DNA of 64,000 bases, from contig CAZNQG010000001.1 in assembly GCA_964575235.1 (NCBI GenBank), positions 5,467 through 69,466 on the forward strand. Direction: 5' to 3'. The notes below the pieces were generated by a model, which worked only from the letters and a program-made list of their open reading frames with translations, had not been told where the DNA came from and ran no database searches. This stretch comes from an uncultured Bacteroides sp. (GTDB taxonomy: Bacteria; Bacteroidota; Bacteroidia; Bacteroidales; SM23-62). The position numbers were made by a program, and so were the translations under genes. Shown here piece by piece: positions 20,526 through 30,336 of the stretch (position 1 is its first letter; the number at the start of each line of letters is the position of its first letter).

Positions 20526-20966
20526 TTATTGGTCCCCGAAAGAAATCTCATCGGGCAGTTCGTTTACATCGCCCTTCTGGTAGGGGAAATGTTTCTTCAG
20601 TTGTTCGCCCGCCATCCGTATGCCGGCCTCCAGTCCTCCGCAAAACCTTTCCTCCCGGAATTCCGCCAGCATTTTTTTCTTGATGACGTTCCAGAAATCA
20701 TCCGGGGTCACGGCATTGATCCCGGCGTCCCCCAGGATGGCAAACTTGCGTTCTTCGACGGCCAGGTAAAAGAGCACCCCATTGCGTTTCTCGGTCCGGT
20801 GCATTTCAAGTTTCCTGAACAGGAAAGCCGCACGGTCCAGCACATCCCCCCTGCAGAGACGCTCGACGTGTACGCGTATTTCCCCTGAGGTATTAAGCTC
20901 GGCATCCCGGATGGCGTCCCGTATCCGGTCTTTTTCTTCCTTTGAAAAGAATTGGTATGGCTGCAT
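20526..20966 (-). CDS. TPM domain-containing protein
   Basis: 146 aa: EIRVHVE...RNGVLFYLAVEERKFAILGDAGI, typical of the small TPM protein encoded next to lemA. Confidence 0.8.
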   Translation of the reverse strand: MQPYQFFSKEEKDRIRDAIRDAELNTSGEIRVHVERLCRGDVLDRAAFLFRKLEMHRTEKRNGVLFYLAVEERKFAILGDAGINAVTPDDFWNVIKKKMLAEFREERFCGGLEAGIRMAGEQLKKHFPYQKGDVNELPDEISFGDQ

Positions 20967-20968
20967 GG

Positions 20969-21559
20969 TTAAAACTCTACGGTTGGTGGTGTTTCGGTTC
21001 CCTCGGCCGCCTCGAAGTATCCCTTGGTGTCAAATCCGAAGATCGCAGCCGTGATCAGTGCCGGAAACCTTCGGATATAGGTGTTGTAGCTTCGGGTCGC
21101 GTCGTTGAATTTACGACGTTCGACGGCTATCCTGTTTTCGGTTCCCTCGAGCTGTGCCTGCAGGTCCAGGAAGTTCTGATTGGCTTTCAGATCCGGGTAG
21201 CGTTCCACGACAACCATCAGTCTTGACAGGGCCGAGCTGAGTCCGTCCTGGGCGGCCTGGAATTGCTGGATTGCTTCAGGGTTCAGGTTCTCGGGACTGA
21301 TCGTAACGCCGGTGGCCTTGGCTCTGGCTTCGATCACCCCAGTCAGGGTTTCCTGCTCGAAGTCGGCATATCCTTTGACGGTATTCACCAGGTTCGGGAT
21401 CAGGTCTGCCCTTCTCTGGTAAGCGTTTTCCACGTTTGACCACTGGGCCGTCACGGCCTCCTCGAGCGTGACCATGTTGTTGTAACCGCAGGAAGTGAGC
21501 AGGGGTATAAGTCCTGCAAGGGCCATCAGGTTCAGGAATTTTCTTCTTTTGATTTTCAT
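20969..21559 (-). CDS. lemA: LemA family protein
   Basis: 196 aa with an N-terminal anchor and LemA motifs (QWSNVENAYQRRADLIPNLV, ERYPDLKANQNF, RRKFNDATRSYN). Confidence 0.9.
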   Translation of the reverse strand: MKIKRRKFLNLMALAGLIPLLTSCGYNNMVTLEEAVTAQWSNVENAYQRRADLIPNLVNTVKGYADFEQETLTGVIEARAKATGVTISPENLNPEAIQQFQAAQDGLSSALSRLMVVVERYPDLKANQNFLDLQAQLEGTENRIAVERRKFNDATRSYNTYIRRFPALITAAIFGFDTKGYFEAAEGTETPPTVEF

Positions 21560-21700
21560 GGGGTTTTCTTTTTAATACGGATTTTAAAAATACGATACTG
21601 GATCCATACTAGCAAAAGTTGAACCATCGCCATTTACTTGTTGTAGAATATAAAACTTGACATGATTTAATCTTAAATTTACGCGTCGATCCATGAAAAA

Positions 21701-23722
21701 ATGACAGACGCAGAATTCAGGAAGCAGATAAGGGAGGGAATCCCAGGAACCATTCCCCCGGCCAAAGCCTATGACCCCGACGTAAACCATGCGCCCAGGC
21801 GGAAGGATGTTTTGGGTCCGGAGGAAAAGAAACTGGCCCTGCGAAACGCTCTCCGCTATTTTCCCCGCTCGCACCATCCGGTGCTTGCCCCGGAATTTGC
21901 AGAGGAACTGTCCCGCTACGGGCACATCTACATGTACCGGTACCGGCCGGAATATAAAATTTATGCCAGGGATATCAATGCGTATCCGCACCGTTCGAAA
22001 CAGGCGGCGGCCATCATGCTGATGATCAGCAACAACCTGGACGAGTACGTCGCGCAGCACCCCCATGAGCTGATCACCTACGGGGGCAACGGCGCCGTCT
22101 TCCAGAACTGGGCCCAGTACCGGCTTTGCATGCAGTACCTTTCCGAAATGACCGACCAGATGACCCTGGTGCTGTATTCCGGACATCCCATGGGACTTTT
22201 CCCGTCCGATCCCTCCGCCCCGCGTGCCGTGGTTACCAACGGCATGGTCATCCCGAATTATTCCTCCCCGGAGGATTACGAGCGCATGTATGCACTGGGC
22301 GTGAGCCAGTACGGCCAGATGACCGCAGGTTCCTTCATGTACATAGGCTCCCAGGGCATCGTTCACGGGACCACCATCACGGTGCTGAATGCGGGCCGGA
22401 TGAAAAGCGGCAGGGAAGAGGCGGATCTGGGGGGACAGGTATTTGTCACTTCCGGGCTTGGAGGCATGTCCGGAGCCCAGCCAAAGGCCACCGAGATTGC
22501 CGGAGGCATCTGCCTGGTGGCGGAGGTCAATCCGAAGGCCGTGAAGATCCGTCATGACCGGGGCTGGGTGCGCGAGGTATACGAGGACCTTGACAAGCTT
22601 CTTCTGCGGATGGAAAAGGCCCGGCGGGAAAAGGAAGCCATGTCCCTGGCATACCGGGGCAACGTCGTGGACCTGTGGGAAAAACTGGTCCACGAAAACG
22701 TGGAAATAGAAATGGGTTCGGACCAGACATCCCTGCATAATCCCTATGCAGGCGGGTATTATCCGGTTGGGATCTCCTTCGAGGAGGCCAACCGTATGAT
22801 GACGGCCGATCCGGATGGATTCAGGCAGAAGGTCCGGGAATCTTTAAGGAGGCAGGTGGAGGCCGTTAACGCCATGGCCGACAGGGGAATGTATTTCTGG
22901 GATTACGGGAATGCATTCCTGCTTGAGGCGGGCCGTGCCGGGGCTGATATCTTCAGGGACGGCAAAGCTTACCGCTATCCTTCCTACGTGGAGGACATCA
23001 TGGGTCCCCTGTTCTTTGATTACGGCTTCGGACCTTTCCGCTGGATATGCACTTCTTCAAAGGAGGAGGACCTGCGGATAACGGACGAAATCGCCACCGG
23101 GGTCCTGGAAGGCATGAGCAGGAATGCCCCGCCGCGGATACGCAGCCAGTTGCTGGATAACCTCAAATGGATCCGGGAGGCCGGCCGGAACCAGCTGGTG
23201 GTCGGGTCACAGGCCAGGATCCTGTATGCCGATGCCGAGGGTAGGGTCAAGATTGGAAGAGCCTTCAACGATGCCATACGGGAAAAGAAAATATCGGCTC
23301 CCCTTGTGCTGGGGCGGGACCACCACGATGTAAGCGGTACCGACTCCCCGTACCGGGAAACGGCGAACATTTACGACGGTTCCAGGTTCACGGCCGACAT
23401 GGCGGTGCAGAACGTGATCGGTGATGCATTCCGCGGGGCAACCTGGGTTTCCCTGCACAACGGGGGAGGTGTTGGCTGGGGTGAGGTTATGAACGGGGGA
23501 TTTGGCATGGTTTTGGATGGTTCCCTCGAGGCCGAACGCAGGCTGGAAAACATGCTTTTCTGGGATGTGAACAACGGAATCGCCAGAAGAAGCTGGGCCC
23601 GGAACGAAGGAGCCATGTTCACCATCGAAAGGGAAATGGACCGTTTCCCGGACCTGAAGGTAACCATACCCAGCCTGGCCGACGAGGCCCTCATCGAACA
23701 GGCCCTGAAAAAGACCGATTGA
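21701..23722 (+). CDS. hutU: Urocanate hydratase
   Basis: 673 aa of the long Bacteroidota form, containing LRNALRYFP, GGNGAVFQNW, MTAGSFMYIGSQGIVHGT and GGVGWGE. Confidence 0.95.
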   Translation: MTDAEFRKQIREGIPGTIPPAKAYDPDVNHAPRRKDVLGPEEKKLALRNALRYFPRSHHPVLAPEFAEELSRYGHIYMYRYRPEYKIYARDINAYPHRSKQAAAIMLMISNNLDEYVAQHPHELITYGGNGAVFQNWAQYRLCMQYLSEMTDQMTLVLYSGHPMGLFPSDPSAPRAVVTNGMVIPNYSSPEDYERMYALGVSQYGQMTAGSFMYIGSQGIVHGTTITVLNAGRMKSGREEADLGGQVFVTSGLGGMSGAQPKATEIAGGICLVAEVNPKAVKIRHDRGWVREVYEDLDKLLLRMEKARREKEAMSLAYRGNVVDLWEKLVHENVEIEMGSDQTSLHNPYAGGYYPVGISFEEANRMMTADPDGFRQKVRESLRRQVEAVNAMADRGMYFWDYGNAFLLEAGRAGADIFRDGKAYRYPSYVEDIMGPLFFDYGFGPFRWICTSSKEEDLRITDEIATGVLEGMSRNAPPRIRSQLLDNLKWIREAGRNQLVVGSQARILYADAEGRVKIGRAFNDAIREKKISAPLVLGRDHHDVSGTDSPYRETANIYDGSRFTADMAVQNVIGDAFRGATWVSLHNGGGVGWGEVMNGGFGMVLDGSLEAERRLENMLFWDVNNGIARRSWARNEGAMFTIEREMDRFPDLKVTIPSLADEALIEQALKKTD

Positions 23723-23786
23723 AAATTCAGTCCTGCCAGAGCGGTGAGGCCCTCACCGGAACGGTCCTTAAAAACACGGAACGAAA

Positions 23787-24242
23787 ATGCTTCAAGGTAC
23801 ACGGCATATGCGGGGAGCATGGAGACTGCTGCTGGCGGTGCTCCTTGCGGGAATGTCACTTACGTCCTGCGAGGACATCCTGAACAACATGGACGGAGGT
23901 GACCCGAGAGACAAACTGGTGGATACCTGGAAGGTGGATGAAAGCCTATTACCCTACAAATCCGCCATGGAGATATACTGGGTGGAAATATCCAAGCACC
24001 CGTATGACAGCACCAGGGTGATCATATATAATTTCTTCAACGTCGATGCGGATGCGGAAGCCGTCGTCAGCGGGAGCAACCTCAGCCTGCCCGCGCAAAC
24101 CCTTCAGGGGGGGTTCGGCGTAAGCGGGTCCGGGCAGGTGCAGGGGATAAAGGCCGATGAGATCGTCTGGACCTACACGGTGGATGACGGCAGCGGGCAG
24201 CCGGACCAGTATACGGCGGTTTACTCCAGGCTTACTTTCTAA
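23787..24242 (+). CDS. Hypothetical small lipoprotein
   Basis: Lipobox LAGMSLTSC. No recognisable domain. The start could also be the internal Met at 23808. Confidence 0.5.
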   Translation: MLQGTRHMRGAWRLLLAVLLAGMSLTSCEDILNNMDGGDPRDKLVDTWKVDESLLPYKSAMEIYWVEISKHPYDSTRVIIYNFFNVDADAEAVVSGSNLSLPAQTLQGGFGVSGSGQVQGIKADEIVWTYTVDDGSGQPDQYTAVYSRLTF

Positions 24243-24266
24243 AGCGGGTTTGCTGCCTTTGCAGAA

Positions 24267-24659
24267 CTAAAAGGAACCGGTGTTGATCATGATCAGGGCG
24301 CAGTCAACAACCACCTCGACCCCTTTTTCCCCCAGGATTTCCTGCAGTTCAGGATTCTCGGTACCCGGATTGAAAATGACCCGCCGGGGATTCAGGCTGA
24401 CCAGGTAATCGTAGTATGCCTCCTGCTTCTTTTTCCCCATGTAGAGCAGTACGGTATCCACATCATCCACCCCGGGCATCCCGGTCAGGATCTCGATGTC
24501 CTTGATGTATCCCTCCTGCAGACCGACGGCAACCACATCGTATCCGTTCCGGTCCAGGCTTTTGACAGCCTTGCAGGAGAACCGATCCGGGTTTTCGACT
24601 GCCCCCAGAACCATCATTTTGCCTGTTTTTCCGGTTTTTTTGGAACGGAAAAGCATCAT
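24267..24659 (-). CDS. CoA-binding domain protein (YccU-like)
   Basis: MMVLGAVENPDRFSCKAVKSLDRNGYDVVAVG is characteristic of the CoA_binding_2 family. Confidence 0.75.
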   Translation of the reverse strand: MMLFRSKKTGKTGKMMVLGAVENPDRFSCKAVKSLDRNGYDVVAVGLQEGYIKDIEILTGMPGVDDVDTVLLYMGKKKQEAYYDYLVSLNPRRVIFNPGTENPELQEILGEKGVEVVVDCALIMINTGSF

Positions 24660-24671
24660 CGTTTGACAAAT

Positions 24672-25151
24672 TTAGCTCAAAACCAGCAATACCGCGGCAT
24701 AGGCTGAAATCCCCTGTTCCTCGCCCACAAAACCGAGCCTCTCGGTTGTGGTTGCCTTGATGGAAACCTGGTGGGAATCGATATGCAGGACATCGGACAG
24801 GGCCTTTACCATGTCCGGTATGTATTTCCCGATCCTGGGGGTTTGCAGGCAGACCGTGCTGTCTATATTGGATATTTCGTACCCGTAAAAACGGATCATG
24901 TTAATCGTTCTTTCCAGAAGGATCTTGCTGTCGATGCCGCGGAACTCTTCTTCGGTATCGGGGAAGTGCTTGCCGATATCGCCCAGGGCCAGGGCCCCCA
25001 GCATGGCATCACAGATTGCGTGGATCAGCACGTCGCCGTCGGAATGGCCCATGGGACCTTTTTCGGATGGGATTTTAATGCCTCCGAGGATGAAGTCCCG
25101 GCCTTCCTCGAGCCGGTGGACGTCATACCCGATGCCGATCCGGTAACTCAT
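24672..25151 (-). CDS. ispF: 2-C-methyl-D-erythritol 2,4-cyclodiphosphate synthase
   Basis: 159 aa with IGIGYDVHRL, GHSDGDVLIHA and TTTERLGF. Confidence 0.95.
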   Translation of the reverse strand: MSYRIGIGYDVHRLEEGRDFILGGIKIPSEKGPMGHSDGDVLIHAICDAMLGALALGDIGKHFPDTEEEFRGIDSKILLERTINMIRFYGYEISNIDSTVCLQTPRIGKYIPDMVKALSDVLHIDSHQVSIKATTTERLGFVGEEQGISAYAAVLLVLS

Positions 25152-25154
25152 GAT

Positions 25155-26405
25155 TCAATACTGCGGCCTGCCGAACTCGAATCCGAGGGTAAACCTCAGG
25201 GTATTGGCCAGGGGATTGTTCTGCTTGACGGGTACCAGGTAGGAGAAATCCAGTTCAAATACATTCAGCCGCAGTCCCACGCCCAGGGTAAAATACTTCC
25301 GGTTCCCCTTGGTTTCGTGCTCGTAGAAGTATCCCGCACGGATGGCGAACTGCCTGCGGTACCAGTATTCAACACCGAGTCCGAAGGTAATCTCATTGAA
25401 CTCTTCCCGGAAAACGCTGCGTGACCCGTCTTTCATCAGCACCCCGGGAGCATCGTAGAAGGAAACGAACATCCCGACGGGGGTTGGTACGTCTGGGTCC
25501 TGTCCGAATTCAATCACTTTGTTGCCCAGTGAGTCGATCACGGTGCTTCCGGTGCTGTCGGTTGCATATATCGGGGGTGTGGGGACCAGCATCTTGTTGA
25601 TGTCTGCCATGAAAGTGATGGAATTGTATTCGTCCATTTCAATCATCAGGGCGCCCCCGAATTTGAGGTTGATCGGGAGGAAGGTTTTTTCCCCGCCCTC
25701 CGTATAGGATACCTTGTTCCCCATGTTGGAGATGTTAAACCCGAGCCCCAGGGTCCCGTCCTTGCTTCCGAGGGCCAGGTCGGTATTGTTGTAGTAGAAG
25801 GCAAGGTCCCCTGCAATGGCCATGGCCGCCTTGGACTCCCCACCTGAAATATAGGTTCCACTTGTCAGGTCGGAGCGGATGAAGCGGAAGACGATCCCCC
25901 CGGAGAAGCGGTCGGTCAGCAGCCTGGAATACCCGGCATCGACGGCAAATTCATTGGGCACGTAAATCCCCTGCGGGGTTCCGTAATTATCCGTGAATAC
26001 GATTTGTCCCAGGCTGAAGTACCTCAGGGATGCGCTGACCACCTGCCGGTCTCGGAACTTATAGTATCCCACAAGGTAAGCAAGGTTTATGTCTTTGATG
26101 AGTTTGCGGAGCCAGGGAGTATAGGAGAGGGCAACCCCGCCCTGGCTCTCGATAAAAGGATATTTTGCCGGGTTCCAGTTCTGGGAATTGAGATCGGGTG
26201 ATGTGGCTACGCCCACGTCTCCCAAAGCCCCGGCCCTCGAATCAGGAGTAATGGTCATAAAGGGAACCGCGGTCTGGATGGCGTTGAGTTGGGGACCGCT
26301 GGCCGTAGATCCCCCATTTTGTCCATGCACTGCATAACTGCCCGAGAGTAAGGTGAACACCAGGCTCAGGACCGTTATGCCCTTTCTCATTCTAATTTTC
26401 TTCAT
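25155..26405 (-). CDS. porV: Type IX secretion system outer-membrane protein PorV (LptO)
   Basis: Beta-barrel-type sequence with a signal peptide. It lies immediately downstream of porU, which is the conserved pairing. The start is taken at ATG 26405 (MKKIRMRKG) because the ORF-track start at 26423 is TTG. Confidence 0.85.
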   Translation of the reverse strand: MKKIRMRKGITVLSLVFTLLSGSYAVHGQNGGSTASGPQLNAIQTAVPFMTITPDSRAGALGDVGVATSPDLNSQNWNPAKYPFIESQGGVALSYTPWLRKLIKDINLAYLVGYYKFRDRQVVSASLRYFSLGQIVFTDNYGTPQGIYVPNEFAVDAGYSRLLTDRFSGGIVFRFIRSDLTSGTYISGGESKAAMAIAGDLAFYYNNTDLALGSKDGTLGLGFNISNMGNKVSYTEGGEKTFLPINLKFGGALMIEMDEYNSITFMADINKMLVPTPPIYATDSTGSTVIDSLGNKVIEFGQDPDVPTPVGMFVSFYDAPGVLMKDGSRSVFREEFNEITFGLGVEYWYRRQFAIRAGYFYEHETKGNRKYFTLGVGLRLNVFELDFSYLVPVKQNNPLANTLRFTLGFEFGRPQY

Positions 26406-26455
26406 AAGCAATAGGGAGAACAAATATAAGGGATTTTTACTATCTAACGAGGATT

Positions 26456-29400
26456 CTAATTTAATATTACCAGCTTCTCGAATTTTTCAGCCGTATGGCC
26501 CAGGGAGGTTCTTACCTTCAATCGGTAGATGTAAACACCGCGCCCGATCCTGCTGCCGTAATCGTCCCTGCCGTCCCAGTCTATGGGCCCCACCCGGTAG
26601 CCTGATGCGGGGGCATAGTGCTCGATCGTTTTCACCAGTTTACCCGATACGGTGAATACCTGGACGAGCACCTCCAGGTCGGCACTTGGCTGGTTGTGTT
26701 CGAAGAAGAACCGGGTATGCGTGGTGAAGGGATTGGGGTAGTTCAGGACGTGGTCAAGACGCAGGTCCTGGTCCGCATTCACGGTGAATTCGAGGATTTC
26801 CTCCGAGGAATTGTTATACACGTCCCAGACCTTGACCTTCAGGGTGTGGGGACCGGCCTCCAGGTTCTTGAAGCTGTACCGGATCTTTCCGCTCTTGTAG
26901 GAATCCGCGTCAGCCTCGTAATAATCGTTCAGGATGATCGGTTGCTGTGTGTTACCGTCCAGCAGCGCCGTCAGGTCGTGCCCGATGCCGTTCCCGAGGG
27001 TATTGATCCCGTTGCTGTCGCTGACGTAAGCCAGGAGCACCGGACTTTCGTCGGTCATGCCACCGAATACGAAGTTCTCGTCGTTCATGAAAACCTCCAG
27101 TTGCGGGCCTTCGGTATCTTCTGTTACGGAATCTGCTGTACCCCCTATGACTACCTGCTGGAAGGATCCGTGTGCGTCTTCCAGGCCGTCTTCGGCATAG
27201 AAGCTCAGCTTGCCATAGTCGTAGTTGTAGGAAATATCCTTCGGAACTACAAAGCTGAAGGAAAAAGTACCGTTCGTTACCGTCGCCTTGCCCTTGTAAA
27301 GTACACGGTTCTGCATGGAGAAGTTGAACGGCGAACCTCCGTCGTTCGAGAGGGTGGTGATGCTGCTGCTTTTATCGAATACCGTCGGGTATACCGTGCC
27401 GTTGAATTGATCCAGGGGGTTCCCCGTTTCGTCTTCCATATACCCGCTGACGGTCACCTTGCCCAGGGCTTTCAGGGTATCTCCCTGCTCCGTAGCCGGA
27501 ATCCCGTTGATCGCTTCAACCCTGACCCGGTGTTTCGGATAGGCCAGTTCCAGGGCAGGGTCGCCCAGCAGTGTGAAATTGCGTTTGTTGATCCCGCCTG
27601 AGGTGGCGTTCTTGGTCAGGCGGATGATGTCTCCGAGTTTGTAGTTCCGGCCGTTCTCATCCTTTTCGAATACGTAATCATAGAAGTATTCGTTCAGGAC
27701 TTGATTGGGTGGCGAAAATACCAGGCGGGTTGTGGTCAGCAGGGCGATGCCTCCGCCGTCGGGATTCAGCAGTACCAGTTCACCCGCGGAAGGAGCTTCG
27801 TATTCGTCGAAACGGCTGAACTCACAGGTGGCGGTCATGAACAGCGGGAGCCTGTCGGCGTTTTTCCAGGACAGTACATCCTCTATTCGAAGCACCCTCT
27901 CATGGGCAAGTCCCTTGCTGCCCCCGTGTCCCGTATAGTTCATGATCAGCGCTCCTTTTTCGACGCGCTGGCCGATGGCATCGTTCACGTCCGGGTAGCG
28001 GGGACCGGAAGGCGTGGATACCTGGGTGTAGGCGTCGAGGTAGATCTTACCCACCGTGAAATCCGGGTAGTTTTGTTCGATGCTCCGGGCAAGCTGGTCT
28101 GCCTGGCGCATATGGATGTTGTTTTCCTCGTCATCACCAATGAAGCAGATCACGTTACGCCAATCCCCCATCCTGTCAGCATTCTTATAGGAAAGGACCT
28201 TTTCCAGCACGTTCTCAGCCTCCTCGAGACTGGAGACGGGGAAGCGTCCCACGCCGATGTCAATGAGTCCCATGGCCTCCCCTTCATCATCGTCCAGCAG
28301 TCCGAAGAAATCATCGGTAACGTAGCTGGTGGTTGGTGAAAGGGAATTGGCGGACTGGTAAGTGGGTATCAGGTTGGTGTTGTTCACGTCGGTACCTTTG
28401 TTATCGTAAGACCCGTCCCCGTAAAGAAGCACATACTTTGGCATCTCATCGGGTGTGGCCGCCCGATCGTAGAGCATTTTAAGGAAATCCCGGATGGCCG
28501 AAGCATCCGGGCTCCCGGATGAAAACTCGTGGTATATCTGCTGCGGTGTTACCACCACGGTGTCGAGTCCGTCGCGATCCTGCCGGTACGCGGCGAGCCT
28601 GCGGGCATAGGGGAGGAATTGAGGGGGACTCACAACCACATAGTTCCGGCCTTTGAGTGCATGCAGGTTCTGGTTCGGTACGGGTCCAACATCGTCCCCC
28701 TGGGTTACCGGCGTCCGGTGGGATGACTCGGGGATGAATGCGATGAATTCCTTCAGCACTTCAGTCTCGGCCTTGAAATGCAGGTTTCCGTCCCGGTAGC
28801 TTTTCGGCATGCGTACGGGCCGGGTCGGGTCCGTAATGTCCCATACCTGGACGGAGGCAGGTGCATCTTCGATCACGAATTCCGTGATCCTTCCGGGTCC
28901 CACGGAAAGCCGGTCTCGGAATGTCTTTTCCATGGGATTGGAATCACCGGGTCCCAGGAGCGGTGCGCGCGCGTTGACGGTGATGTAGTTCAGCCAGGCT
29001 TCGGCCGAAGGGGCGTTCTTGATGTAGCGCAGGGAGACGTTCAATCCGTCGGCGGTGGGCGTATAGCTGAAGGTGGCGGTTGCCGGATTGGCGTATGGCA
29101 GGGAATAGGAGCCGATCACCGTTCCCTGCATATGCAGGGTGCCGAGCAGGTCCCCGTTGGCGCGCACCTGCATGCTGGTCTGGGCGGAAGCCCTGCCCAC
29201 GGTCTGCACGCGGATCCTGACCTCCTCGCCGCTAACCGTTGGTATCGACAGCATGTTAAAGTCCTGTTCCGTGACGATGTCGAAATGTTCCCCGTACCAT
29301 TCCCTGCCGGACTGGATCAGGTTGATCTCGTCCATTTCATGATGGCGCAGTACATCGTAGGCGGTGCAGGTGTAGTTGGCAGGAAGCGAAGGTTCCACTG

Positions 29401-30265
29401 CATCCTGGACCCTTAGGCCGGGTCCCAGGTCGGAGGTCAGGTAATAATAGGAAGCCGTGGCATAATCATGCTTTTCATAATGGAAGAAATCGCTGTTTTC
29501 ATCGTACTTCCATGCATCCTCACAGCGGCCGTAAAACAGGACCCTGTCCCCTGTTACCAGGATGGCATTCTCGACCAGGTCATCGTGCCTGGGATCCGCG
29601 TTCATTTTTCCCAGCATGCCTCCGCCGTTCCCGTATACCCGCACGCCGGCAGGGTCTTCGATGCCCAGTTCCCGGAGGCGGTCAAAGCTCAGGGCGTGGA
29701 TGCCATCCTCTTTGACCGCGACCCGGATCCATTTCCCGATGGCCAGCACCGAACGGTCCGCATACTCCCGGCTTGCCGAGGGGGCGCTTTTCAACGGCCC
29801 CGGGGAGGGTACCAGTTCCAGGTCGAAGGACTCCAGCAACTCGATCCGGCCGGTCTTCGGATTCCTCCGCAGGGGAATGAAACCGACCTGCAGGTGCTTT
29901 TCTTTCCGTAAACGAGCCGTACTGCTGCTAACCTCGATTTCGGCAGGGATGCCTTCGAGGTTCTTGACATCCCTAAGTAATTCATTATCAACCTCCTGGA
30001 ATCCGGGATTCCGGAGGCGAACCGTATATTCGGAATTATTTCCTATTTTTATCACCTCATAATAATTTGGTAATAAAGTATTTAGATCATAAGTGGCTCG
30101 CTGAAAATGAAGGACCTTTACTTCTTCGCTCCCGAATTGCATATGCTGGATTGGTGTCCACCGGATGGTCCTCCTTCCGGGGATCTGCTGTCCGGAAAGC
30201 AGAACGGGCAGAAACAGAACAATAAAGGCCAGGGGAATGATACGGATAAAACGTATTGGGAACAT
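26456..30265 (-). CDS. porU: Type IX secretion system C-terminal signal peptidase/sortase PorU (C25 gingipain-like)
   Basis: 1269 aa with a signal peptide and a central peptidase C25-like region (YVLLYGDGSYDNKG, MNYTGHGG, TATCEFSRFD). The C-terminal beta-sandwich reads NYPNPF...VYIYRLKV. It is adjacent to porV. Confidence 0.85.
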   Translation of the reverse strand: MFPIRFIRIIPLAFIVLFLPVLLSGQQIPGRRTIRWTPIQHMQFGSEEVKVLHFQRATYDLNTLLPNYYEVIKIGNNSEYTVRLRNPGFQEVDNELLRDVKNLEGIPAEIEVSSSTARLRKEKHLQVGFIPLRRNPKTGRIELLESFDLELVPSPGPLKSAPSASREYADRSVLAIGKWIRVAVKEDGIHALSFDRLRELGIEDPAGVRVYGNGGGMLGKMNADPRHDDLVENAILVTGDRVLFYGRCEDAWKYDENSDFFHYEKHDYATASYYYLTSDLGPGLRVQDAVEPSLPANYTCTAYDVLRHHEMDEINLIQSGREWYGEHFDIVTEQDFNMLSIPTVSGEEVRIRVQTVGRASAQTSMQVRANGDLLGTLHMQGTVIGSYSLPYANPATATFSYTPTADGLNVSLRYIKNAPSAEAWLNYITVNARAPLLGPGDSNPMEKTFRDRLSVGPGRITEFVIEDAPASVQVWDITDPTRPVRMPKSYRDGNLHFKAETEVLKEFIAFIPESSHRTPVTQGDDVGPVPNQNLHALKGRNYVVVSPPQFLPYARRLAAYRQDRDGLDTVVVTPQQIYHEFSSGSPDASAIRDFLKMLYDRAATPDEMPKYVLLYGDGSYDNKGTDVNNTNLIPTYQSANSLSPTTSYVTDDFFGLLDDDEGEAMGLIDIGVGRFPVSSLEEAENVLEKVLSYKNADRMGDWRNVICFIGDDEENNIHMRQADQLARSIEQNYPDFTVGKIYLDAYTQVSTPSGPRYPDVNDAIGQRVEKGALIMNYTGHGGSKGLAHERVLRIEDVLSWKNADRLPLFMTATCEFSRFDEYEAPSAGELVLLNPDGGGIALLTTTRLVFSPPNQVLNEYFYDYVFEKDENGRNYKLGDIIRLTKNATSGGINKRNFTLLGDPALELAYPKHRVRVEAINGIPATEQGDTLKALGKVTVSGYMEDETGNPLDQFNGTVYPTVFDKSSSITTLSNDGGSPFNFSMQNRVLYKGKATVTNGTFSFSFVVPKDISYNYDYGKLSFYAEDGLEDAHGSFQQVVIGGTADSVTEDTEGPQLEVFMNDENFVFGGMTDESPVLLAYVSDSNGINTLGNGIGHDLTALLDGNTQQPIILNDYYEADADSYKSGKIRYSFKNLEAGPHTLKVKVWDVYNNSSEEILEFTVNADQDLRLDHVLNYPNPFTTHTRFFFEHNQPSADLEVLVQVFTVSGKLVKTIEHYAPASGYRVGPIDWDGRDDYGSRIGRGVYIYRLKVRTSLGHTAEKFEKLVILN

Positions 30266-30336
30266 GGGTAACTTGTTACGGCTGAGAATGCAACGTTAAT
30301 AAAAAAGGTAGATTATCCGCATATTTTTAGATCAAA

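Noticed and set aside
21584-22738. 384-aa minus-strand ORF opposite hutU
   Set aside because: Antisense to a highly conserved enzyme gene. The sequence is His/Gly/Pro-rich with no motifs.
23741-23759. Hairpin CGGTGAG-GCC-CTCACCG after hutU as a terminator
   Set aside because: The stem is good, but the loop is only 3 nt and no T-run follows, so it is not called.
26618-27601. Long antisense ORFs in the GC-rich half (e.g. 26618..27601, 12816..13730, 14598..15404, 19896..20888, 36786..37550, 39519..40616, 41893..42546)
   Set aside because: Each lies opposite a longer ORF with clear family motifs. Stop-codon depletion in GC-rich DNA explains them.
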